Origin: Prasinococcaceae sp. CCMP 1430
Lineage: Eukaryota > Plantae > Prasinodermophyta
NCBI GenBank assembly: GCA_013416795.1
Contig: RQSC01001135.1
Coordinates: 27,312 to 91,311, forward strand
DNA: 64,000 nt
Direction: 5' to 3'
The notes under the pieces were generated by a model. That model saw nothing but the letters and a program-made list of their open reading frames with translations. It was not told the origin of the DNA and ran no database searches. A program made the position numbers and the translations under genes. Positions 52,736-64,000 of this stretch are shown piece after piece (the stretch's first letter is position 1; each line of letters opens with the position of its first letter).

Positions 52736-54567
52736 TCAGACCGCGCGCCCGCCCGCGCCAAATGAGCCGCCGTTGGCACGCGCGCCGGGGCTGGCCATCG
52801 GGCTCGGGGCTTCGCTCACGGCAAGCGCGCTCATGTTGGGCTTGCCGATGCCGTGGCACTCGAAGCCGATGTCGCAGAGCCGGCGCAGCGGAAGCACGTT
52901 GCGCCCGTCGAACGCAAACGCGGGCTTCTCCATGCCAGCGTATATCCTCGCGAAGTCGAGCAGCGCGAACTCGTCCCACTCGGTGAGCACGAGCAGCGCG
53001 TGCGCGCCCTCGCAGGCGCCGTAGGCGTCGTTGCAGATCTCCACCTTTGGGGCGAAGGCGGTGCCCTTGTAGTTGGGCGGCGCGTTGTGCGCCGGGCCGT
53101 AAGGCGAGGGACCCTCGAGCTCGAGGTCTGCGGTGATCTGCTCGGCGCTCACCTTGGGGTCGTAGATGGCGACGCGCGCGCCATCCACGAGCAGCGCCTT
53201 GCACACGTCGATGGCCGCCGACTCACGCGTGTCGCCGGTGTCCTTCTTGAAGGCGAAGCCCAGCACGGCAATGCGCTTGTTGGTGACCGTGTTGAAGAGC
53301 GCCCTGATGACGTTCGTGGTGAATCTGTTCTTCTGGTAGTCGTTCATGCTCACCGTGCTCGCCCAGTAGTCGGCCACCTCGGTCAGGCCCAGCGTGCTGG
53401 CGATGTAGCTCAGGTTCAGAATGTCCTTCTGGAAACAGCTGCCGCCGAAGCCCACCGAGGCCTTGAGGAACTTGGGCCCGATGCGCGAGTCGATGCCGAT
53501 GGCCTGTGCCACCTGGTCCACGTCCGCGCCGGTGGCCTCGCAGATGGCCGAGATGGAGTTGATGGACGAGATGCGCTGCGCGAGGAAGGCGTTGGCCACC
53601 AGCTTGGAGAGCTCGCTCGACCACAGGTTGGTGGTCAGGATGCGCTCGCGGGGCACCCAGTGGGCGTACACGTCCGCCAGCGTCTTGGCGGCGAGCAGCC
53701 CGCTATCCGTCTGCCGCCCACCGATGAGCACGCGGTCGGGCTCGGCGAGGTCATCCATGGCCGTGCCCTCCGCGAGGAACTCGGGGTTTGACAGCACGTC
53801 GAAGTGCACGTTGGGCGCGGCGTTGGCGCGCAGGATAGCCTCGATGGTGGAGGCGGTCTTGACGGGCACGGTTGACTTCTCCACGACGATGGTGTCCTTG
53901 TGGCACACGCGCGCCACCGACCTCGCGGCGCTCTGCGCCATTGAGAGGTCCGCGGCGCGCCCCGCGCCCATCCCTGCGCTCTTGGTGGGGGTGTTCACAG
54001 CGATGAAGACGATGTCCGCCGTCGCGAGTACGCTCTCGTCGGTCGTGAAGAAGAGGTTGCGCCCGCGCGTGGCGCGCACAACCTCAGTGAGCCCCGGCTC
54101 GTAGATGGGCAGCTCGTCGGACTCCCACGCAGCGATGCGCGGCGCGCTGAGGTCGAAGAGCGTCACGCGTATTTCGGGGCACTGCGCTCCCGCGCAGTGC
54201 CGGCGGCGCGTCGCAAGGCGCGTCGCGTGTCAGAGAGCGTGAGCGTACGGGCTGCCTGTCAGGTCGCCGCACTTTGAGCGCGTCGATGCCTCTTCCTCCT
54301 CGGCGACGGCGAAGGCCGGCTCGGGCCATGCTGGGCGCACACGCTCGACGCGCTCATGCACGCCGACGACGCGAGGATGGCACCCTCTCCAGGCCCCTCC
54401 ACTCCTTTCGCGCTTTCCTCCGGCCCTGCCAGTGCGCCTGGACGCCCGCCGCGCGCTCGCACCTTGTGCGCGATCATCGCCATGGTCGGCCCGCCGACGT
54501 ACCCCGCGCCGACGCACACGATGTGCATCTTGGAGGCATCCGCGGGCGCCGCCATCATCACCACCAT
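52736..54567 (-). CDS. UGD: UDP-glucose 6-dehydrogenase
   Basis: Exons 54567-54463 and 54181-52736. [66 protein letters not shown]. Confidence 0.97.
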
Positions 54568-55471
54568 GCGCCTGCCCCGCCCCGCGGTGCCCTCCGCCCC
54601 GCCTCGTCCCAACCACCCCTCTCCGCAGGTCTGCCGCTGCCCCCGGCGCCGCGCGTGCGCGCCGTGTGGTGGCGCCGGGGCGGAGACCCACCCCAGCTCC
54701 CCCACCCCGCGCGCGCCCGTGCCTCAATTGCGCCCTGCGCGGCTGTTAGCGCCCCCGCGCGAGAGAGAGCGCGCGCGGACGCGCGCCATCGGGCGGGCGG
54801 CGACCCGCGGACGGGTGTTGTGCATTCGCATTCGCAACATCCCAAGGGGCGATGGCGCGCCTCGAAATTCGAGGCGAGTGCTGCGACCAGCCACAACACA
54901 ACACCCTCTCCTCGGCGGGGCGGGCGTGAAGAAAGAAGGCATCGACCGCCGAAAAGGTGCCTGTCACCAACAGCCGACCGACCGAGGGGTCGAATGCACG
55001 TGACAAACGCCTCAGTCTCAGTGCCAGCAACAATGTTGGAAGCGTGCCACGGAATCGAATTCGTGGTGCGCGCGGACGGCCGCCGGTGCCGGGAACGCAT
55101 TCGGCAGAGCGCGCACCTGGCCAGTTTCGCTCCCGTGCCGTTGCGTGTGCGTTGGCGAGCGCGCGCGCCTGCGCCTCGGTGTTCGGCCGCTGGCGTGCGC
55201 GCGCGCCCGCACGCAGACCCACACCGACACACGCACGCACACGCACGCAACGGGCCCCACCCGGGGGCCACATGCCACGAGGGCGCAAGGCGGACGGCAG
55301 GCGCGGGGTCCGCCGCGCCCGCCGCTGTGTGCGAGGCGCGGCGCGGCATTGCCACTGCCCTCGCTTGCGGCCCTTGCGCCGCAGCGCGGCGGGGCCCGCC
55401 CGGCTTTTGGAATGGGACGCTGCTGCGGGACCCGTCTGGCGGCGCGTGGGGAGCGGAGGCGGACGGGAGGA

Positions 55472-56392
55472 ATGCGAGAAAGGGGGCGCGTGGCAGGCGC
55501 GGCAGGGCTGACCCTGGCAGCGCTCGTGGCCGTCGCGGGCCTAGCACATGCGCCGCGCTGTTCGGCTGCGGCGCTGGGAGCGGCCCGGAGTGCGTCGGCT
55601 GGGGCGAGGGGCTTCTTCAAGCGCGGTTCCGTGGATGCGCGGAGCGTCGCGCAAAATTCTGTGCGAGCGCATGCCCACCAGCGCGAGGATGAGCTAGGCC
55701 GGCAATCGGAGCCAGCTGGCGGCCACGGAGACGACCAAGGGTGGGACCTGACCCATTCGCACGGCGTGCTCGTCCTCTCCGACGGCGAGGCGTCATGCAG
55801 CGAGGGGCCGCGCGGCGAGGCCTTCGCCGGGCTCGTCCGGTGTAAGCTGCGCGCCACCGTGGTCGGCGCGGCCGCGGTTCGTGTGGGCGGTGCCCATCGT
55901 CCCGCTGAAGCGCGGACCGCAGTGAGCGCTCCCGTCGGGAGCACGGTTGCCGAGCGCAACGCATACGAGGTGCAGCGAGTGAATGCCACGGAGGCGGTGC
56001 ACGCGGCGCGCGCCGGTGCACCCGGGGGGGCTCTGGCACAGGCGCGCGTGTCGCTCGCGTACGCACGCGCCGCCAACTCCTCGCGGTGGGAGGAGACCAT
56101 GCTGTGGGTCGAGGACGTAGGAGTCGACGAGGAGAACGGCGCCGGCGATGACTCTGGCATGGCATCAGTCGTGCTCGACGCGCGGGTGAATGGACTGGCG
56201 GCGGCCCCCGCGCCGGTCTTCGCGCGTGGATATCTCGTGCTGGGCGTCGACAAGCAAATGCTCCCTGGCGACACGCTTGCCTGGTGCGCCGCCCCGCCTG
56301 CTGGTGCGGGTTCGGCTGCGACTGCGTGCTGTCAGCGGCTGCGCGACCGCGCGGCCAAGACATGCCAGAGGCCGCGGGCCGTCGCACGCTGA
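55472..56392 (+). CDS. Hypothetical protein with N-terminal hydrophobic (signal-like) segment
   Basis: MRERGRVAGAAGLTLAALVAVAGLAHA, single ORF to TGA 56392, TGTAA at 56513; no family recognised. Confidence 0.45.
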   Translation: MRERGRVAGAAGLTLAALVAVAGLAHAPRCSAAALGAARSASAGARGFFKRGSVDARSVAQNSVRAHAHQREDELGRQSEPAGGHGDDQGWDLTHSHGVLVLSDGEASCSEGPRGEAFAGLVRCKLRATVVGAAAVRVGGAHRPAEARTAVSAPVGSTVAERNAYEVQRVNATEAVHAARAGAPGGALAQARVSLAYARAANSSRWEETMLWVEDVGVDEENGAGDDSGMASVVLDARVNGLAAAPAPVFARGYLVLGVDKQMLPGDTLAWCAAPPAGAGSAATACCQRLRDRAAKTCQRPRAVAR

Positions 56393-56563
56393 TGCAAGCG
56401 TATCCTTAGATTATACGTAGTGGGGTCATTGTCATGACGGCTCCTCTCGTGCCCCCGTTCTCTTCGCTCGTATGTGGCGCTGTGCGCGAGACGTCATGAC
56501 GCGCGCAAAGCCTGTAATCGCGGACGCCTCAGCGCCTGAGCACCTTTATTGCGCCGTGTGCGT

Positions 56564-58336
56564 TCAGGACGCCGCGTCGGCGGTCACTCTCGACGAGCGC
56601 CGACTCGCCGCCCGCGGCCCCGCGCCGACGAAGGCGAAGGTCTTTGCGTGCGTCTTGCGCGCCTTGCGCGCCTCGCGGGCGGCTTCCTCGGTAGCGTTGC
56701 GCTCGCGGGCTGTGGCGGCGGCGGCCTTCGCGAGCGCGGTGAAGCGGTCGTCAGCGGATGGGGGTGCGTCGCCGTTCGCTGCGGCGTCCCTGTTGGCGAC
56801 ATGCCTACGCACGTCGGGCGACGCCCTGGCCATGGCCAGGCCGTCGGCGAGCTTCTCAATGTCCGCGCGAATCTCGCGCTTGAGCCTCCTCTTCTTCAGC
56901 CTCCCGCCGCTCACCGAATCTTCGGCATTGCTGCCGTCGCGACGGGCTTTGACGGCCGCATCGTCCAGCGCGCGCTCGCGCAGCTGCGTCGCGTGCTCCG
57001 CCAGCGACACTACGAGCGCCTGTGCACGCGACAGGAGCCCGCTGCTTTGATGGGCGCTTGCACCGCCCACCGCCGTGGCAGAGTGCGCCGCCGCCGTCGG
57101 AGCTTGCGCGGACGCATCGCTGACCCCACCGTGCGTGATGCTCTGCAGCGCGCGCGCCACGATGCCGCGGAGAGCGGACAGCACAGGGGCGCTCGCGCCG
57201 CCGGAATCGCCGCGCGCAGCCGCGAGCGCCGGCTCCATGACGATCGAGACGGCAGACGTCGGACCAAGGGCGGATTGCGAGCGCCGTGCGTGCGCGCGCA
57301 CGCGCCTTGCGGCCGCGACGAGCGCCCCACCCGCCACGCCCGCGGCAACACCCACTGCAGCCGCGCGCGCGATCACTTTGATTGTCTCGAGGCACGCACC
57401 GCCACCGACCGCCAGCCGCGAAGAGGCGCGAACGTCCGCTTCCCCACGAAGCCGCGGTGCGCTCGGTGGGGCGGCAGGGGTCGGCGCGAGGTCGGGGGCT
57501 GGTGTGATCGCGCCAGAGTTGCTCTCCGCAGAATCAGGCACAGTCAAACCGGTGACGCTGCACCTGTTGGGATCGCCACTCGCTGCGAAGGCCATGCGCC
57601 GCGCGCCCTCGCTCGGCGAGAGGGGTGTCCTCGGCGAGCGGACGCCATCGTCCTCGCTCTCCGCAGTGAGGGCGTGAACGCACGCCTGCGCCAAGGGGTA
57701 CTGATGGGACGCCGCTGTGCATGTCGTCGCGCCAGATCGGGCAGCGTCGATGCTGCCGCCAGTGCTAGCGCTCGCCGCCGCCGCCTCGTTCCGACCGCCT
57801 GCGTGGCTGTAGACGCGCTCTTGGGGCGCGCGAGACGATGGTGCTGCACTGCGACGCGGCTGCGAGCCCTCCCCTCCGACGTCGTCGTCGGATGGGTCGA
57901 CGACGCCTTCCTCTTCGGTGTGGAATGACTGCGCGCACGATGCGATCCGCGGAGCGCACGAGCTGCTCTTGTTGGCCATCGACGGGCTTGGCTCGATGTT
58001 CACGGCACCGGCGTCGCGCAGGACGCCGCCCGTCGCCGTGGCTCCATTGCTGTTGGGAGGTCGGGGCGGCTGGCGAGAGCGCTGCGCGCTCTGCACGACG
58101 GCGTCGCGGGCACCGACGGCCCCAGCGCTGCGCGGCGCGAAGACTGGCGCCGCGGCGAATGAGCTCGTGGGCGTAGCAGACGGCGGCGTGATCAGCGCCG
58201 GCGGCGCGCGCGCGCCCACCTGGCGGGCCACATCCTCCGACAGGGAGCGTCCGCCCGGGCTGGCGCTGCCTGCATCGACCACGATGTCAAAGACGCGACC
58301 GCCCACGGCGGTCGCGTCGACAATCGCGGCCGCCAT
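56564..58336 (-). CDS. Hypothetical low-complexity protein with central hydrophobic segment and basic C-terminal coiled coil
   Basis: ATG 58336 to 56564; AAAVGVAAGVAGGALVAAA segment; RLKKRRLKREIRADIEKLADG. Confidence 0.45.
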   Translation of the reverse strand: MAAAIVDATAVGGRVFDIVVDAGSASPGGRSLSEDVARQVGARAPPALITPPSATPTSSFAAAPVFAPRSAGAVGARDAVVQSAQRSRQPPRPPNSNGATATGGVLRDAGAVNIEPSPSMANKSSSCAPRIASCAQSFHTEEEGVVDPSDDDVGGEGSQPRRSAAPSSRAPQERVYSHAGGRNEAAAASASTGGSIDAARSGATTCTAASHQYPLAQACVHALTAESEDDGVRSPRTPLSPSEGARRMAFAASGDPNRCSVTGLTVPDSAESNSGAITPAPDLAPTPAAPPSAPRLRGEADVRASSRLAVGGGACLETIKVIARAAAVGVAAGVAGGALVAAARRVRAHARRSQSALGPTSAVSIVMEPALAAARGDSGGASAPVLSALRGIVARALQSITHGGVSDASAQAPTAAAHSATAVGGASAHQSSGLLSRAQALVVSLAEHATQLRERALDDAAVKARRDGSNAEDSVSGGRLKKRRLKREIRADIEKLADGLAMARASPDVRRHVANRDAAANGDAPPSADDRFTALAKAAAATARERNATEEAAREARKARKTHAKTFAFVGAGPRAASRRSSRVTADAAS

Positions 58337-59484
58337 CCTCTCTCTGTCGATGCGTGCCTGGTCGGCGCAGACGATCGCCCCCTTTGATGCCGGTTGCGCG
58401 CGCAGCAGTGTGGTGCCTGGCGGGCGAGCGGTGCGCCGCAGCGCCGCGCAGCGCCGCGCAGCGCCGCGCTTCCCGCAGCGCGCATGCAGCGGCGCGGCGC
58501 GCATTCGCGTTTTTTCGAATGCGGTCTCGAATCATTGCAGCCAGCCCATCTTAATCCCCGCGGCGCGCCGGCCATCACTGGAGCGTTTGTGTGATGAGGA
58601 CGGAGGTTTAGACTTGGGAGGGCTGTTGCGTACCAAATTGGGGGGCGGCAAATCGCTATTGTCAAATACCGCGACGAGCCGCTCCACATTGCCGCAACGG
58701 TCGCACAGGCACCTTCGACGCGACTGCCCGCGTTGCTCCCGAGGGGCGAGGCGCCACGTCTGCGAGGCAGCGACCGCTGAGGCGGACCCAAAAATCCTGC
58801 GTTCCGGTCGGTCGATCCATTTGCGTGTTGACGCAAATGCATGGGCAGGCAGCAAGTTTCGTGCTTGTTTCCCCCCCCTCGGATTGGTCACACAACGGGC
58901 TGACGTGGACGTTTCCACGGCGACGAGCCTTCCGAGACCGGTCGCCGCACCTGCGACGTGTTCCGTCTCGATCGCTCGACCGGTCGCTCCCCGGTGCACC
59001 TACAGGCGTCAGATCCGCCAGGCGCGGCCAGACGCTGGCGTGCGTGTCGATATTTGATGGTGCGAGGCGCCGCCGCGGGGCTTCGCCAACCTGTCGCGTC
59101 GCGTCTGTGCGGCGCGTGGCGGGGCGTACTCATGAATCGCGCACTCATAGAGCGACGCGCTGTGAGGCGCCCAAATAGCGCACGGGGCGCGCTCCCGTAA
59201 CTGTCAGTCAGGGCGTGTGCCAGGCACACGCCGCGCGTGCCGGCGCCGTGCCGGGCGCGCGCGCACAATTTTTCGGCTGCCGGAGAATTTGCGATCCTTT
59301 TTATCTTGTTTCAGATAGGATTTGCGCATCGCTGGAATTTTTGGTGGTGCAGGTTTGGCATGGCGCCGCCGGCGGCTGGCTGCGGTGGCGGCCGGTGCGG
59401 AGCGGCGTCGCCCAGCCGAGTCACTCCACGCGCACACATCGCAGCTCCCGCCCCGCAAGACCCCTTCCTCCTTCGATCGTCACG

Positions 59485-60628
59485 ATGTCCCGCCTGGCTA
59501 CCGCAGCCTGCGCCGCGGCCGCGTGCTTCGCGCTCGCGCCCACCCCCTCGGTGGTCGCCGAGAAGCCCACGCTGGTCGGTGCGCTCACTGGCAGCACCGA
59601 GCCCACCTTCGGCACGCTGGCCGCCGCGCTCGGGGCGGCGGGCCTCGTCGACACCTTCGACGATCCCACGGCCGGTCCCTTCACCGTCTTCGCGCCCACC
59701 GACGAGGCGTTCGCCACGACGCTCGGCGCGCTGGACATCGCGCCTGAGGCGCTCCTCGCCGACGTCCCGGTGAGTGCCGACCGCGCGGTGTCGCGATAGC
59801 ATGCCACATTTCTTAACACGGGCGGGTGCGGCCTGCGATGATCGGCTTGATCGTGATGGCGTCGCTGACCCTCGCTGCCTTGTCGCCGACGACCGATGCC
59901 CATCAACAGACCCTCACCTCGATCCTGACCAACCATGTGGTCGAGGGCGCCTTCAAGGCCGAGGACTTGGTGCCGCTGGCCCCCACCACCGTGACGACCC
60001 TCGCGGGCTTCCCGCTCGTGTTCGACGTGATGGAGGGCGGCGGCGCCACGATCGGTGGCATCGAGATCCTCGCGACTGACGTGGAGGCCTCCAACGGTGC
60101 GTGTTGTCGCGCACCGCGCGCGAGGGCATGGAGACATGCGTGCCACACGTGGCTGACAGCGCTATATCACCGCACCAATCCTCCGTGTGGGCACCTGTGC
60201 TCCACGCTTGTTCCCTCCTCCTTTCCTTTCCTTTGCTCCTCGCGGCGTTTGTCATCTCCCGGCGCTCAGGCATCGCGCACGTGATTGGCGGCATCCTCAT
60301 CCCCCCGTCACCCGTCGCCGTCGCCGACAGCCCGCTCCCCGCCTCCGAGGAGGGCGAGGGCGAGGAGGGCGAAGGCGAGGAGGGCGCTGTCCCCGAGGAG
60401 GAGGGCTCGTCCGAGGGCGAGGAGGGCGCTGTCCCCGAGGAGGAGGGCTCCTCCGAGGGCGAGGAGGGCGCCGTCCCCGAGGAGGAGGGCTCCTCCGAGG
60501 GCGAGGAGGGCGCTGTCCCCGAGGAGGAGGGCGCCACGCCTGTGGAGGAGGGCGCCTCCGAGGGCGAGGAGGGCGCCGTCCCCGAGGAGGAGGGCGCCAC
60601 GCCTGCGGAGGAGGGCGCTACGGAGTAG
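59485..60628 (+). CDS. Secreted fasciclin (FAS1) protein with Glu-rich repeat tail, copy 1
   Basis: Exons 59485-59769, about 59909-60097 and about 60270-60628. AAGLVDTF...GPFTVFAPTDEAF, LTSILTNHVV, DVEASNGIAHVIGGIL. Confidence 0.9.
60346..60625 (+). repeat. Coding tandem repeat EGEEGAVPEEEG(SS/ATP), 42 nt core unit, about 5 copies
   Basis: gagggcgaggagggcgctgtccccgaggaggagggc recurs through the last exon. Confidence 0.9.
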
Positions 60629-61677
60629 AGCGCACCGTGGCTCTGATCGTCACCGACGCTGTCGCGACGGGAGGCACATGCACAGACCGTACAAGCATGC
60701 ATGTCAGTGCGCGTCACAGCTAGCTAGCACGCAGCATCCCTTTAAAAGGTTGCGCGTCACAGCTAGCACGCAGCACCCCTTGATGACATTCAATTCGGCA
60801 TCGGTAAGTAAGGGATGACTTCTCGCTGATCCGATGCTTGACTGGTGGACGAGGAACGCGATCATGCGCCACCCCGCAGCAGGGAGCTACAGTTGATGGC
60901 ACGCAGCCAACTTTTTCCGCGTTTGTGTGAGGCTGGTCGTGCTGTGGTCGACGTGGACGCGCGAGGTGCTTACCAGCACTTTCCCCCGACCTCCCCATTT
61001 CCTCAACTCGATTGCTTGCGATCGGGCTCTCCGATCCGTTCCCGCCGTACCTAGCGCAAGAGGGTATGAAAATGGGACCAAGCGGATCGACGGGTTCGAT
61101 CGACAGGCCAGCCCTCATCACACGGTTTGTCGCGTCGGCCAATCGATGTGCGCTGGCACGCGTGACCACCCAATCACTGGAAAGCGCCAGAAATAGGAGC
61201 CGTCGATACCGGCGCGCCTAGTACTCGCCAACCATGCCCGACGCACGCCCTTGCTCACTCATTGAGTGGCGCGCACTTTCCGGCGGCGGCGCGCGCAACG
61301 TGGGGTCCGCGGCGCGCGCGCGATCCCGGTGGCGCACCGCGGGCACAGCGATGCCGCATAAAACAGCACCCTGTGGGCTCGCGATGCCCGTGCTGAGGAA
61401 GCGCCCGCAATTTACGAGACAGGTGGAAGGTCGACACGCGCGCTCGTGCCTCGGAATCGACAGCAGGGTATCGTGGCGGCGCGAGGGCCCCTGGGGTCGC
61501 GCGCGCTTCATCCATCCGCGGACCTCTGAAATGTTTGGCAGGCTGGAATTTGTTGGTGCAGGGCGCGCGCGCCGGTGGCAAGCTTCGGCGTCGGCCAGGG
61601 CAGAGCGGCCCCGTCTCCGCGCGCCACTCGACGCGCACACATTGCAGCTCCCGCCCCTCAAACCTTCCATCGTCACA

Positions 61678-62715
61678 ATGTCCCGCCTCGCCGCCGCAGC
61701 CTGCTGCGCCGCCGCGTGCTTCGCGCTCGCGCCCACCCCCTCCGTGGTCGCGCAGGCTCCCACGCTCGTCGGCGCGCTCACTGGCAGCACCGATCCGACC
61801 TTTTCCACGCTGGCCGCCGCGCTCGGGGCGGCGGGCCTCGTCGACACCTTCGACGATCCCACGGCCGGTCCCTTCACCGTCTTCGCGCCCACCGACGAGG
61901 CGTTCGCCACGACGCTCGGCGCGCTGGACATCGCGCCTGAGGCGCTCCTCGCCGACGTCCCGGTGAGTGCCGACCGCGCGGTGTCGCGATAGCAATCATG
62001 GCATGCCACATTTCTTAACACGAGTGTGCTGCGCAGGCGACGACCATGCTGGCGATGCTGACCCTTGCTGCCGATGCCTCATCGCCCACGGGCAACGATG
62101 CCCATCAACAGACCCTCACCACGATCCTGACCAACCATGTGGTCGAGGGCGCCTTCAAGGCCGAGGACTTGGTGCCGCTGGCCCCCACCACCGTGACGAC
62201 CCTCGCGGGCTTCCCGCTCGTGTTCGACGTGATGGAGGGCGGCGGCGCCACGATCGGTGGCATCGAGATCCTCGCGACGGACGTGCTCGCCTCCAACGGT
62301 GCGTCCCTCGTGCGACGTGCGCGCTGGCGCGTGGCGTCGCGTGACCGAAGCTGGAGCTGTCTCAATCGGTATGAGACGTGCGTGTCACATGTGGCTGACG
62401 GCGCCACGCCACTGCGCACATTCTCTGCCCGGCTCCCTGCCGCCGCGCGCGCGCGCCTTTGTTGGCGCGTGGGCACCCCTCCGCGCTCGCGCCCTCAACC
62501 TTTCCTTCGCTGCTCGCTCCGCGCGGCGTGTGCGTTCACTGGGCGCACAGGCGTCGCGCACATCATCGCAGGCATCCTTCTCCCGCCCTCGCCGCCTGTC
62601 GCCGACGGCCCGCTCCCCGCCGCCGAATGAGGGCGAAGGCGATGAGGGCGCTGTCCCCGAAGAGGAGGGCTCCTCCGAGGGCGAGGAGGGCGCCGCCACG
62701 GGCGGTGACAAGTAG
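61678..62715 (+). CDS. Secreted fasciclin (FAS1) protein, copy 2; acidic tail frameshifted
   Basis: Near-identical exons and intron positions to copy 1. TGA at 62628-62630 (GCCGAATGA); a short EGEGDEGAVPEEEGSS tail continues in another frame to TAG 62715. Confidence 0.85.
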
Positions 62716-63119
62716 GGCGCACCGTGGCGCTGATCGCCAGTGATGCCGTCGCGAGACACATGCGCGCACCATACAAGCATCGCATGTCACAGCGCAGACG
62801 CAAAAAGCTATTTTAACACCATTACAGTATTGTCCGGGACGTGAGCTCTGCTGCTGCGCAGCTGTGCCAGCGGCGTGGCGCGGCACGGCGCACTCCGCAG
62901 CGCCACGGCCACGGCCGCGCGGGGCGCGGCCCCGAAACAGAGCTGCGCGAACCCAGAGAAAAGCTCATCGCCGGAGCGAACTGGCGCGGCCGAATCCACA
63001 GACAGACAGGGCTCCCGCCGCGCATCCGAACGGGCCGCACGCTCGCGGCGGCGGCGCGCGCGGCGGCGACCAACCACGCTGCGACCTCGCCCCCGCTCCC
63101 CCCTCCCCCGCCCCCACGG

Positions 63120-63781
63120 ATGAGCGCGCGCGGCGGCGGCGCGCGCGTGCGCCTGCGGCCGCTGCGAGCGTCCGACGCAACCGTGTACGCGGCGTGGATG
63201 GCCGACGACGAGCTGCGCGAGCTGACGGGCACCGAGGAGCCGCTCACCGAGGACGACGTGATCGGCGCGGCGCGCATGGCGGAGGCGGACGAGGGCGTCG
63301 CCGCGTTCGTCGTGCTGACCGCCGACGGCGACGGCGCTGAGGGCAGCGCCGAGTGGACGATGGTGGGCGACGTCAACATCAGGATGAACGATCCGGACGA
63401 TCCGCGGCGAGCCGAGGTCGACGTCATGGTCGCCGAGCGCTCGGCGCGACGCAAGGGCGTCGCCGCCGCCGCTGTGCGCGCGGCGCTCGCGCACGGCACG
63501 CAGCGCATGGGCGCGGGAAGCTTCGTCGCCAAGGTGCGAGGGTGGCCTGGTTGGACTGGCGGCGCGCGGGCGCGCGGCTCCGCGGCGTGCTGACGCTCCG
63601 CCGGCGCGCGCGCCGCCAGATAAAGGACGGCAACGAGCCCTCGCGGCGCCTGTTCGAGCGCCTCGGCTTCCGGCTGCTCAAGCACGTCGCCGTCTTCTCC
63701 GAGGCGCACTGGGTGCTGGACGGCGGCCCCGAGCTCGACCACGCGCGTCGCGCCGAGCTCGACGAGGTATCTGTTGTATGA
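63120..63781 (+). CDS. NAT9: GNAT acetyltransferase, NAT9-like
   Basis: Exons 63120-63533 and 63620-63781. WMADDELRELTGTEEPLT, MVGDVN, AEVDVMVAE...RRKG, FVAKIKDGNEPSRRLFERLGF. Confidence 0.85.
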
Positions 63782-64000
63782 CACTTGTATTGTACGTTAC
63801 ATGCACTCGGCGGCCGTCGTTGGGATGCCTTCTCGCTCTCGCGAGGAAGGTTGTGGCTAGCCAGCTCCGTCCAGGGCGCCCCCGTCGCTGCCGGCGGAGT
63901 CGGCGCGCGCGCCGCGTCTGCCGCTGCCGCTCGCGGCGACGCTCGCGACGGCGGCCTCCACCTGTGCGGTGGCCTCGGCGGTCGCTCGCCGCGCCTCGTG

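Noticed and set aside
62628-62630. TGA in fasciclin copy 2 as selenocysteine or read-through
   Set aside because: The homologous tail continues in a different frame, so a frameshift rather than recoding explains it.

Overview
Gene-dense (about 1 gene per 2 kb), very GC-rich eukaryotic nuclear DNA, most consistent with a green alga of prasinophyte type. Supporting signs are short GT-AG introns (GTGCGC/GTGAGT donors, GCTGAC/ACTGAC branch sites), TGTAA poly(A) signals, TTTAGGG repeats, and RbcX, ANGUSTIFOLIA, TT9 and GSIII homologues. About 35 genes or gene fragments can be modelled. The main accessory feature is a 2.1 kb lower-GC element (25668-27802) with 152 bp direct repeats. It carries a Ty1/copia-type RNase H fragment, a DIRS/PAT-type tyrosine recombinase C-terminus and a hairpin-dense non-coding segment, a combination I do not recognise from described retroelement classes. 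Other oddities are a back-to-back telomeric repeat array centred on a palindrome (463-566), a 30-33 bp phased motif array (19776-19980), a W2 domain with a long insertion, a TIME FOR COFFEE-like motif, and tandem fasciclin genes with acidic tails. At least six places join unrelated half-genes at GC-rich microhomologies. Together with a 646 nt poly-C run, a 769 nt N gap and six single Ns, this points to a partly mis-joined assembly, so the structural claims need read-level checks. All family assignments come from motif recognition by eye; no searches were run.
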